From an uncultured SAR86 cluster bacterium (GTDB lineage: Bacteria > Pseudomonadota > Gammaproteobacteria > Magnimaribacterales > D2472): a stretch of DNA of 64,000 nt. This document shows positions 30,750 to 39,825 of this stretch, in pieces; position 1 is the stretch's first letter, and every line of letters starts with the position of its first letter. Under the pieces are notes generated by a model that did no database searches, was not told the origin of the DNA, and saw only the letters and a list, made by a program, of their open reading frames with translations. A program made the translations under genes and the position numbers. The DNA is taken from positions 1,333 through 65,332 of the forward strand of contig CACJBC010000004.1 in the NCBI GenBank assembly GCA_902591565.1. The letters are read 5' to 3'.

Positions 30750-31447
30750 ATTTTTATTTTTTTTACTCCTAATAAGTTCTTGTGGAGTATTTCTTTATTA
30801 TTATTGAATACTACATAATGCGTATCTGCATTATTTTTGAAGCAAATAGAAAATTTTGGTAAATCATTAATTAAATGAAGTGCACAATATCCATCAATAG
30901 CAATACATTCATCAATTTTATTAGTTTCAAGTATTTCTTTTACAAAAGGTACTCGCTCAGGCTCTTCATCATAATGAGGACAACAAATACCTTTGACAAA
31001 ACCAAGACATGGGATAATTGCTTGATGATGTTTCCATGAATCTGTAATACCTTTTTCAAACCAGCATATGGCACCAGCACTTACACCGCTCATAATAATA
31101 TTCTTTTCATATGCCTCTTTTAAGATGCTATCTAACTCCCATTCTCTCCATACAGCAAGCATACTTTTAGTATTACCACCTCCGACATAAACAATATCTT
31201 GATTAAGAATATGTGTTCTAAGATCAATTGTTCTTTTAAAGAAATCAATATGAGACGTAAAACAATCTAAAGAATTGAAAGCTTTATAAAAATTATCTAT
31301 GTAACCTTGATCATCACCAGTGGCAGTTGGAATAAAACAAATTTTTGGTTTAATTTTATTTGCTTGTTGAACAATATATTTTTCAATCTTAAGGTCACCA
31401 ATCTCTCTTCCAAACCCACCTCCACCGATTGCAATAATTTGTCTCAT
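30746..31447 (-). CDS. Peptidase E / S51 family dipeptidase
   Basis: IIAIGGG, FIPTATGD, YVGGGNT, GVSAGA and CPHY motifs. Confidence 0.9.
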   Translation of the reverse strand: MRQIIAIGGGGFGREIGDLKIEKYIVQQANKIKPKICFIPTATGDDQGYIDNFYKAFNSLDCFTSHIDFFKRTIDLRTHILNQDIVYVGGGNTKSMLAVWREWELDSILKEAYEKNIIMSGVSAGAICWFEKGITDSWKHHQAIIPCLGFVKGICCPHYDEEPERVPFVKEILETNKIDECIAIDGYCALHLINDLPKFSICFKNNADTHYVVFNNNKEILHKNLLGVKKIKI

Positions 31448-32337
31448 AAAGTGTCTACAATTTTTTTAATTGATTTAATGTGTTCAGTAGTTGTTCTGCA
31501 ACATCCCCCAACTACTGATGCCCCTTTATTAATCCAATCAATAACATAATCTTTATATTCATCTGGTCTAATTGGTTGATGGTTGTGATAATGCCATTCA
31601 TCTGAGTCGCTAACAAAACCCTCTAATTTATTTTTTTTATATATTGATGAATTAGCATAAATACCAAAACTTTTTTCTTTTAGAAGCTTATCAATAGCAA
31701 GGCTTGCTGTATCTGCATGAACACAATTTACTAATTGACAATTTATATCTAATTTTAAACCCTCTTCAATCGCCAAATCTAATAACTCAGTACTTGGCAA
31801 TCTATTTAATTTATTTCCTCTAGTGGTCCAACTTAACCAAACGGTATCAGAGTAGTTTTTTGCAGTTGATGCAGCTATTGTGCCTTCATAAATTGATGCC
31901 ATAGTTTCACAAATAATTAAATCAACACCATCATGATATATAGAACCTAAAGTTTTATAAAATTTTCTTAAAGTTTTCTCATTAGCACTTAAATCTGGTC
32001 TAAAAGTGACATGAATTGGAGGATAACAACCTGCAATTTTAGTATTGGTACCAGCTTTTATTACCGCTTCCTGGCAGAGCTCTAAAGACCGTTTAGCCAA
32101 ATCCTCATATGAAGGTGCAGTAGGCTCTCTCTTAAGAAGTTCTGGAGTTGCTTGATAATTAGATGTAGTTATTACATCTGCACCAGCTTCTATGTTGTCT
32201 ATATGAATTTGTTTAATTACTTCTGGATTATGTATTAAAGAATAAGCAGACCAGATGGATGTTTTAAAGCTTGGAAGATATTCACCTTTATTTTCTAGCT
32301 CTGTACCGAGAGCCGAGTCTAGAATTAATGGTTTCAT
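31444..32337 (-). CDS. Homocysteine S-methyltransferase family protein
   Basis: ILDS.LGTEL, WSA..L, AGADVITT, and Zn-ligand motifs NC and GGCC. Confidence 0.88.
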   Translation of the reverse strand: MKPLILDSALGTELENKGEYLPSFKTSIWSAYSLIHNPEVIKQIHIDNIEAGADVITTSNYQATPELLKREPTAPSYEDLAKRSLELCQEAVIKAGTNTKIAGCYPPIHVTFRPDLSANEKTLRKFYKTLGSIYHDGVDLIICETMASIYEGTIAASTAKNYSDTVWLSWTTRGNKLNRLPSTELLDLAIEEGLKLDINCQLVNCVHADTASLAIDKLLKEKSFGIYANSSIYKKNKLEGFVSDSDEWHYHNHQPIRPDEYKDYVIDWINKGASVVGGCCRTTTEHIKSIKKIVDTL

Positions 32338-32355
32338 TATGTATATGTATAAAAG

Positions 32356-33036
32356 TTAAACATTATACTTCTTATCAAATTCAATAAGCCTATTTTTCCA
32401 TTTTTTAGTCAGATAATTAAACTCAGTGGGTCTAACAATAAATTCTTGAAAAATAGCATTTCTGTCAACCATCAAGATTACAACTTGTTTAATATCTGTA
32501 CCAAACATAACATTATGGGCATTTGCATAAGCGCATCCTTGTAAAAAATAATCTTCGATCCATTCCCTTTTTTTTATTTTTTTTGCAGTCTTAAAATCTA
32601 TTAATGAAGGTATATCTTCATATATACCAACACAGTCTGCAGTACCGGCATATAGATTATCCAATATAAGGCCCACCTCCAAACCCCATATTTCACTTAT
32701 TCCATTTAAACCATTATTAATAAATTTATGTGCAATTTTTTTTGCTATCAACTGATCTTCTGAATCACTAAAATGGTCCCAGTTTTCATTGGATAAATAT
32801 TTTTCGATAGATTCATGGACAGCGGTACCAATATCAGTGCTTTGTTTAATTATTCTCTCAGCCTCTTCATCTCCAACCCTATTTCTCCACTCTATTAAAC
32901 CATCTTTAGATTTTGAAGTACCACTAAGAACTGTTGTAACACTAGGAACTGGTATCCGGTTAGAGTCCAAATAATATCTGCCATGTTCTTTATCAATTCT
33001 TTCAAGAACTGGATACATAAATTTTTTTTTAATCAT
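32356..33036 (-). CDS. PD-(D/E)XK exonuclease (MGME1 / phage exonuclease-like)
   Basis: PSVTTVL, GTAVH, E...YAGTAD, IDFKT and Y.LQ..AYA motifs. Confidence 0.85.
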   Translation of the reverse strand: MIKKKFMYPVLERIDKEHGRYYLDSNRIPVPSVTTVLSGTSKSKDGLIEWRNRVGDEEAERIIKQSTDIGTAVHESIEKYLSNENWDHFSDSEDQLIAKKIAHKFINNGLNGISEIWGLEVGLILDNLYAGTADCVGIYEDIPSLIDFKTAKKIKKREWIEDYFLQGCAYANAHNVMFGTDIKQVVILMVDRNAIFQEFIVRPTEFNYLTKKWKNRLIEFDKKYNV

Positions 33037-34988
33037 TTTAAGAAATGCTCTTTAAGAACTGATAAGTGATTATCAAAATTCTTCCAATAATCCACTCCGG
33101 ATTTATAAATAGGCTGCCTTACCTGTTCTGAGCTAGCAGTTTTAACTGGTCTTTTAGATTTATAAAAAGACATGCAAGATTCTTCAAATTCAAGACCTAA
33201 ATACTTAAATAATAGCTTTACCTCATGCTCAGGATTATTAATAACATTTTCGTAATTTACTGTATAAATTGAATCTGGATATAGTTCATTCCAAAAAAGC
33301 ATTATTTTTTGATAGTCCTTGTAATATCTAGCTATATCATCCAAATCATATGTAAAATGCTGACCTTTAGCAAAAAATTGTTTAAAACAACTAAAACAGC
33401 CATCTAATGGATTTCTTCTAGCATCTATAATTTTTGCATTTGGTAATATCATTTTAATTAAGCCAATGTATGGAAAATTATTTGGCATCTTATCTATAAA
33501 AAAATTTGATTCTTTCCTTGACCAGAGGGTTTCATCAATATATTTCGTGCCAAAGTTATATATGTCTTCATTTGAAAGTTTAAATAAGTTATCTGTGTAG
33601 TTATCTGAATTATTAAATGAACGAATTTTTCTTCCAATTGTCATAATGTTGTGGTGCTCTTGAGTACCTTCTATCAAAGAATGAGATGAAAGAATTTGTT
33701 CAATCAAAGTTGAACCAGCACGAGGAAGACCAAGAATAAAAATAGGATCTTTTGTTTTATTGCCAACCTCATAATTAAATTTGTTAGAATTTTTATCAAA
33801 AAAATCTATAGTTTTATTAATTAATATTGAGTTTTCTTCAGCATTATAATCAAGGGTTTTTCTATGCATCCAATTACCCTCTTCATAATATTTAAATGAC
33901 TTATCATAGTTTTCTATTAATTCGTGTGCTTTCCCTAAAGCAAAGAGCATTTGAGTCTTTTCTATATCATGCATATCAGCGTTAAGTGCAGATTCCATTG
34001 TTTGAATTTGTTTTTCTGAAAATTTATAAGTTTTTAAATTAGCTAAACTCCAATATGCCTCACCGCATAATGGAAAGTATTTAATTGCATTTAAATAAGA
34101 TAGTTCACTGTCTGTCCTGCTTCCTACAGTTTTTTGGGCATGCCCCAAGCTTAAATGTACTCTAGGATTTTTTTCATTAAATGTTAGTAACTCTTTATAT
34201 ATTCTTATGCCTTCATCAAAATCTGACAATCTAACATGAATAGTACCGAGTGCTCCCATGGCTTCATAATTATGAGGATCAAGTTTTAATAAATTTTGAA
34301 AAGCTTTTTTTGCTTGGATAAATTTATTTTGCAATCTATAGCATTTGGCTAAGTTCTCCCATAGAAGCTTGAAATTTGGATTTAATTTAATAGCTCTTAC
34401 AAATAAAGTTTCTGCTATCGGATAGTTATTTTGTTTGAAAGCCAATAGACCTAATAATCTCAGAGCATCAACGTTATTTTTGTCTTTTTTTAAAACGTTT
34501 TTATATGACTCCTCAGCAAGGTTATTTCTTCCAGCTTTTACATGTCTTATACCTTTATATAGTTCAGAATAAGTTTTATCAGATTCAAAAAATTCCTGAA
34601 TAACTTTTTCAGATTCCTCATAATTAGATTGATCTGCGTATATATTTGAAATTTCTCTAACATAGTCAATTGAGGGATACTTTTTATGGAGCGTTTTAAT
34701 ACAATCTAACGCGTGATTATGGTCACCAATAAAGATTAGTATTTTATATTTTTGTTCTAAATATAATTTGTTGTCTTGAAAAAAATGAATTGATTGATTG
34801 ATGTATTTGAGAGCATTTATTGGATCATTAATTTTTATATTTATTGAAATAATTAATTCAAGAGCCTCTTTATTATCAGGATAAACCTTTAATATTTCTT
34901 CAAGTTGTTCCAATGAACTATTTACATTATTATCGTTAAATAACTTAAGCGCATTTGTAAGAGCAAATTTTGTATTATCTGAAGACAT
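33033..34988 (-). CDS. TPR-containing sulfotransferase family protein
   Basis: TPR repeats; PIFILGLPRAGSTL, FIDKMPNNF and QVRQPIY motifs; paralog of 23419..25374. Confidence 0.9.
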   Translation of the reverse strand: MSSDNTKFALTNALKLFNDNNVNSSLEQLEEILKVYPDNKEALELIISINIKINDPINALKYINQSIHFFQDNKLYLEQKYKILIFIGDHNHALDCIKTLHKKYPSIDYVREISNIYADQSNYEESEKVIQEFFESDKTYSELYKGIRHVKAGRNNLAEESYKNVLKKDKNNVDALRLLGLLAFKQNNYPIAETLFVRAIKLNPNFKLLWENLAKCYRLQNKFIQAKKAFQNLLKLDPHNYEAMGALGTIHVRLSDFDEGIRIYKELLTFNEKNPRVHLSLGHAQKTVGSRTDSELSYLNAIKYFPLCGEAYWSLANLKTYKFSEKQIQTMESALNADMHDIEKTQMLFALGKAHELIENYDKSFKYYEEGNWMHRKTLDYNAEENSILINKTIDFFDKNSNKFNYEVGNKTKDPIFILGLPRAGSTLIEQILSSHSLIEGTQEHHNIMTIGRKIRSFNNSDNYTDNLFKLSNEDIYNFGTKYIDETLWSRKESNFFIDKMPNNFPYIGLIKMILPNAKIIDARRNPLDGCFSCFKQFFAKGQHFTYDLDDIARYYKDYQKIMLFWNELYPDSIYTVNYENVINNPEHEVKLLFKYLGLEFEESCMSFYKSKRPVKTASSEQVRQPIYKSGVDYWKNFDNHLSVLKEHFLK

Positions 34989-36466
34989 TAAAAAAAAATA
35001 TTAACCCTGAATGGAATCTTTCAGTTATTAGTATAACTATTTTATTATCAGTATTGTTGTCAATTTTTGTTCTTGCTAATCCAGAGACGACATCAAAGGC
35101 GCTTGCAAATATTTATACGATATTATCAATTAAGTTTGAAACAATCTTTTTGTACGGCAGTTTCTTAATTCTATTTTTCTTATTGATTTTAGCTATATCA
35201 AGATACGGATCAGTGAAAATATCGATTAAAAATAAAAATAACTACAGCATGATATCTTGGTGTTCAATGTTATTTGCAGCTGGCATTGGAGCGACTCTTT
35301 TATATTGGTCAACAATTGAATGGATAGAGTATTTTAATATTCTTTCAAATGATCCTTTATACGATAAGGATAAGGTTATGCAATACTCTCGAACCTATCC
35401 AATATTTCATTGGGGGCCAACTGCATGGGCTATTTACTGCCTACCAGTCGTAGCATTTGGATTGGCTATTACCAAAAAACCAAATTCTTCTCTTACATTT
35501 TCAGGAATTTTAAACATTAAAAACATTTTTTTTAAAACTATATTTGATGTGATATTTATTGGATCAATAATATGCGCTGCAGGTGTCGGATTGGGGCTTT
35601 CATTTCCATTAATTTCATCTGTAATATCAAAAATTTTTGAAATTAACAGAAGCATTACATTAGATATGACAACTATAATTTTGTGTTCATCTATATTTGC
35701 AACAAGTGCTTATATTGGTATTCAGAATGGTATTAAACGATTAAGTAATATAAATATATTTATTGTATTAATATTTTTATTCCTAGTATTAATTATTGGT
35801 CCAACTAGTTATATTTTAGATAATTCAATTAAAACTATTGTCTTTTATAGTTTTGAATATCTAAATTTAAGTTTATCTTCCGGTACAAAAATAAGTATTG
35901 ATTGGACAGTTTTTTACTGGGCTTGGTGGTTTGCCTTAGCACCAATGGTTGGTACTTTTTTGGTAAATATTTCAAATGGTAAAACATTAAGGCAAATTAT
36001 TTTAGGCACAATTTTTATTGGTAGTGCTGGTTGTGCTTTGAGCATGCTTATTTTATCGAATCTATCTATTTTTCAATTTGAATCAGGAATACTTAATGCG
36101 CCTACAATGATTTATGAAAATGTAATTACCAGAGATGCATTGGTAGTTACAACTATTGGTAATTTACCTTATGGTGAGTTTCTATTAGTTATATTTGCAC
36201 TAATATTAATTATATTTTTATGCACAACCTATGACTCTGCTTCATACGTTCTTGCTTCAGCCTCTATGAAAAAATCATCAATAAAAAGCTCAAAATCATT
36301 AAGATTATTATTTGCATTTATTATGGTCATACAACCTACATTATTAATGTATTTAAATGGAGTCGACTCATTTAAATGGATAATGGTAATATGCTCCATT
36401 CCTCTTATATTTATATTTGCTTTATTAATTTATTCAATCATAAAAAATGTTCATTCAATTAAATAA
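34970..36466 (+). CDS. BCCT family transporter (CaiT-like subgroup)
   Basis: WCSMLFAAGIG, FHWGPTAWAIY, WTVFYWAWW and TTYDSASY motifs; TTG start uncertain. Confidence 0.88.
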   Translation: MYYLKTLKKNINPEWNLSVISITILLSVLLSIFVLANPETTSKALANIYTILSIKFETIFLYGSFLILFFLLILAISRYGSVKISIKNKNNYSMISWCSMLFAAGIGATLLYWSTIEWIEYFNILSNDPLYDKDKVMQYSRTYPIFHWGPTAWAIYCLPVVAFGLAITKKPNSSLTFSGILNIKNIFFKTIFDVIFIGSIICAAGVGLGLSFPLISSVISKIFEINRSITLDMTTIILCSSIFATSAYIGIQNGIKRLSNINIFIVLIFLFLVLIIGPTSYILDNSIKTIVFYSFEYLNLSLSSGTKISIDWTVFYWAWWFALAPMVGTFLVNISNGKTLRQIILGTIFIGSAGCALSMLILSNLSIFQFESGILNAPTMIYENVITRDALVVTTIGNLPYGEFLLVIFALILIIFLCTTYDSASYVLASASMKKSSIKSSKSLRLLFAFIMVIQPTLLMYLNGVDSFKWIMVICSIPLIFIFALLIYSIIKNVHSIK

Positions 36467-37328
36467 TCATAAAGCTCATATCTTTACTAAGAATCCTATA
36501 GATTCATCTAAAAAAAGTATTGTATTTTTACCAGGTGCAGGTATGGACCATAGAATTTTATCAATGTTTAAATTGTCTAAAATTGAAACTACATATAATG
36601 TCATAGCGATTGATCTTCCTGGACACGGCTACACCAGTGGTCCACTTTTTTATGACGTTGAAGAACATAGTCAATTTTGTATTGAGTTATTTGAAATAAT
36701 AAAACTACCTAATCCAATTATTATTGGGCATAGTTGGGGTGGTTTAATCGCATTGGATTTATCTACTAAATTTCATGCTGAAATGACTGTGTGTATGAAT
36801 ATTGCTTATCCTTTTCTAGTTGGTGAAATGCTACTTGATTTTGCAAAAGGCAATCTTGATCAAGCAGTTGAATTCCTTACTAAATATGGTGTCTATAAGT
36901 TTCCTGATGTAGAGATTAAATCTCAAGGCTTCGGTGTTAAAGGCTCAGGATTCTATGGAAGAACAAAGGGTGAGATTAAATCACCCTATGGCACTAAAGT
37001 TGTTGAATCTGATCCTGAAAGAGAAATAAAACTATATCCATTAAAAAGATTATTTAATCAGACTCAAAAGGAAATTAGCTCAATAGATTTAAAATCATGC
37101 AATAAGTTTAGACTAGATGAAAGTCAGATTTCTAATTTATCAAATGTAAAATATATATTCTGTGATAAAGACAAGCTTGCTAGATACAATCCAGAAAGTG
37201 AAATACTTAACAAATTAGAGTTAGATAAGGATATTTTTACCCTAACTGAATCAGGCCATTTCCCATTTTATGAGGACCCTGATCAACTTGAAGAAGTATT
37301 AAATAAAATTTTTAATATATCTATCTAG
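36447..37328 (+). CDS. Alpha/beta hydrolase
   Basis: DLPGHG, GHSWGG and SGHFP motifs. Confidence 0.85.
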   Translation: MFIQLNNHKAHIFTKNPIDSSKKSIVFLPGAGMDHRILSMFKLSKIETTYNVIAIDLPGHGYTSGPLFYDVEEHSQFCIELFEIIKLPNPIIIGHSWGGLIALDLSTKFHAEMTVCMNIAYPFLVGEMLLDFAKGNLDQAVEFLTKYGVYKFPDVEIKSQGFGVKGSGFYGRTKGEIKSPYGTKVVESDPEREIKLYPLKRLFNQTQKEISSIDLKSCNKFRLDESQISNLSNVKYIFCDKDKLARYNPESEILNKLELDKDIFTLTESGHFPFYEDPDQLEEVLNKIFNISI

Positions 37329-39733
37329 TATCTATATCTTATTCGCATTCCAACAACTCTTGGCTTGCTACCTGTTCTTCTTACACCAAAACCTGTGTAA
37401 CCAGAGCTTCCTTCAGCAGAAAAGTCATCATATCTTGATAAATATGCATCTTCATCAGTAAGATTGGTAATATAAAGTTCCACAGAAGTATTTTCATTAT
37501 CAATCCCAGCTCTTATATTTGAAATAGCATAAGATGGTAACTCAATTGCTCCATTTTCATATGAAGTGTTTCTTTCTCCAGTATAGGAATGATCAAATAT
37601 AAGATATGCTGGTTTACCCATTAAATTAAAATCTTTATCTAATGAAATATAATACGAGAGCTCTGGCATGCTTGCTAATTTGTTACCAGCATTAGCGCCT
37701 AATTCACCAGAAACGTAATAATAATCCTCACTTAGTGTAGGATCCATTTTATTTAAATAAAAATTTAGGCTTGTTGAATCATTCACCATCAATATTGAAT
37801 TAAGCTCAACACCTGTTATTTCAGCATTACCAACATTTTCAGTATAAGCAACTGAGGTAATATCTGTATTGTAAGTTGAAGTTTGATAATCCTTCCAATC
37901 CATTGAGTAATAAGCGCCATTGAGTATTAATCTGCCATCACTCCAAGTTGATTTAAAACCAAGCTCGATACTATCTAGATAATCAGGATCATATGTTTCA
38001 GGAACACTAAAGCCATTTGCATTAGGTCTAGGTCTGTTTACACCAGAAGGCCTAAAACCTTCTGAATAATTACCATAAATCATAACATCATCATTAATAT
38101 TATGTTTAAGAGATAGTTTTTTAATATTACCTCTCTCATTTGATTTAAAATCTCCATCAGTTAAACCAAATTCTAATGCACCATAATATCCATCTTTTGC
38201 TTTCAGGTTCATTGTTTGATCATAATTTCTTAAACCGACTGTTAAAGAGGTTTTGTCGTTAATGTCATAGTATAACTCACCAAAAATTGCGTCTATATCC
38301 CCTTTTCTATCTAAGTCTGCTTCCCACCAAGTACCGCTTGTACCATTGGGAAATGATGCACCAGGTTGAAGATAATCCACATCTGTGATCTTTTCATTTG
38401 ATTCTTGGAATGCACCAAGAACCCAATTAAATCCATTATCATAGTTTGATTGAAGCCTTAATTCAGTAGATTTTCTATCAATATCATTAGATTGAGCATA
38501 TGTCATTCTTGGGTCTCTGCAATCATTTACGTCTGCATAATAATAACCATAATATTCATAAAGATTGCAAACATAATAAGCATATGCAGCATAATAGTAA
38601 TACTCAACATAACTTGCATAATCATATGTATATGCTGTGTCTCTTTCAAAAATAGATGTATTGAGAACGAAATCTATATCGTCATTTATGCTACCGCTGA
38701 TTGTTGCTGAAATTTGTTCAAACTCGTCATCATATCTTTCTTGAGAAAAACGAGTATTGGATCTAGGTGGCATAGCTGATGATTGATCATCAGTTAATAC
38801 GTCGGTTTCATATGAACCGTTATAGTATGATTCCTGAGTTAAAAATGATAAATCAATATTTACATCCTTAATATCAGCCGAAATTCTTAAACGTGACCCC
38901 TCTTTCCTTGAGTCATTATAATCATCTTTAGCTACATCATAGGGAGCTGTTGTGTTGTCAATCGTATAGCCTCTTGCATTTTGATATGAATAAGTAGCTT
39001 CTTTATTATCAATCCAACCACCATCTTTTACATCATACATGCTCAGTCTTGCAGCTACATTCGAGCCGATGGGAATATTAATAAATGCTTCGAGTGATTT
39101 ATCTTTATCACCATCATAGATTTTACCTATTTCGTAGTCAGCTCCGTAGTCAAACTCACTAGGATCAGGCTTCTTTGTTATGATTTTAATATTTCCAGAA
39201 GTTGAACTTGCGCCATACAAAGTACCTTGGGGCCCCATAAGAACTTCAACTCTCTCAATATCATAAATATGAAGATCTGGGGTAAGACTAGCAGCAGTTA
39301 AAGGCTGTTCATCAATATATAAAGCGGTTGTAGCTTCAGGTGAAGCATAGCTATTCATGATAGCGCCATCTGAAACTCCCCTTATATAAAAATTAGACTT
39401 TCCTGGGCCTACATTATTAAAAGTTACAGCAGGTGAAACGCTTGAAATATCCTCTAAGTTTTTAATATTTTTTTTATCTAGTTCCTGAGATCCAATTGCT
39501 TGAACGCTCATTGGGACATCTTGAATATTTTCTTCTTTTTTTGTTGCAGTAACAATAACTTCTTCAATGCCTTCTTCAGCTTGAGCTGAATTAACATTAG
39601 ACACGCCTAATCCAACAGACAATGCTCCCAAGAAAGATAAAGCATAATTATTTTCTTTAAAAATATCTTTAATTAATGCAGTTAGTGGATCTCTCTTTTT
39701 TTCAAAAAGAGGTTTTAATAAAATTTTTGACAT
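37325..39733 (-). CDS. TonB-dependent receptor
   Basis: EEVIVTATKK, ALYIDEQP, ERVEVLMGPQGTLYG and C-terminal PRVVGMRIRYRY; same subfamily as 25428..27917. Confidence 0.92.
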   Translation of the reverse strand: MSKILLKPLFEKKRDPLTALIKDIFKENNYALSFLGALSVGLGVSNVNSAQAEEGIEEVIVTATKKEENIQDVPMSVQAIGSQELDKKNIKNLEDISSVSPAVTFNNVGPGKSNFYIRGVSDGAIMNSYASPEATTALYIDEQPLTAASLTPDLHIYDIERVEVLMGPQGTLYGASSTSGNIKIITKKPDPSEFDYGADYEIGKIYDGDKDKSLEAFINIPIGSNVAARLSMYDVKDGGWIDNKEATYSYQNARGYTIDNTTAPYDVAKDDYNDSRKEGSRLRISADIKDVNIDLSFLTQESYYNGSYETDVLTDDQSSAMPPRSNTRFSQERYDDEFEQISATISGSINDDIDFVLNTSIFERDTAYTYDYASYVEYYYYAAYAYYVCNLYEYYGYYYADVNDCRDPRMTYAQSNDIDRKSTELRLQSNYDNGFNWVLGAFQESNEKITDVDYLQPGASFPNGTSGTWWEADLDRKGDIDAIFGELYYDINDKTSLTVGLRNYDQTMNLKAKDGYYGALEFGLTDGDFKSNERGNIKKLSLKHNINDDVMIYGNYSEGFRPSGVNRPRPNANGFSVPETYDPDYLDSIELGFKSTWSDGRLILNGAYYSMDWKDYQTSTYNTDITSVAYTENVGNAEITGVELNSILMVNDSTSLNFYLNKMDPTLSEDYYYVSGELGANAGNKLASMPELSYYISLDKDFNLMGKPAYLIFDHSYTGERNTSYENGAIELPSYAISNIRAGIDNENTSVELYITNLTDEDAYLSRYDDFSAEGSSGYTGFGVRRTGSKPRVVGMRIRYRY

Positions 39734-39763
39734 AACTTTTCCCCGCTTTTAAGTTATATAAAA

Positions 39764-39786
39764 TACATTAATGTAAAGTATTTACA
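39764..39786. promoter_or_regulatory. Palindromic operator candidates upstream of TBDR
   Basis: TACATTAATGTA (39764-39775) and TGTAAA-GTA-TTTACA (39772-39786) overlapping a possible TTGTAA-16nt-TATTTT promoter. Confidence 0.35.
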
Positions 39787-39825
39787 AAAACAAGCCAAAT
39801 TTTAATTTATGTATACAGTTTTTAG

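Noticed and set aside
32356-33036. Nuclease as Cas4 of a CRISPR system
   Set aside because: No repeat-spacer array, no other cas genes and no four-Cys Fe-S motif.
34990-34998. A9 tract as a phase-variation switch
   Set aside because: A/T runs of this length are common throughout this AT-rich window and the frame is intact.
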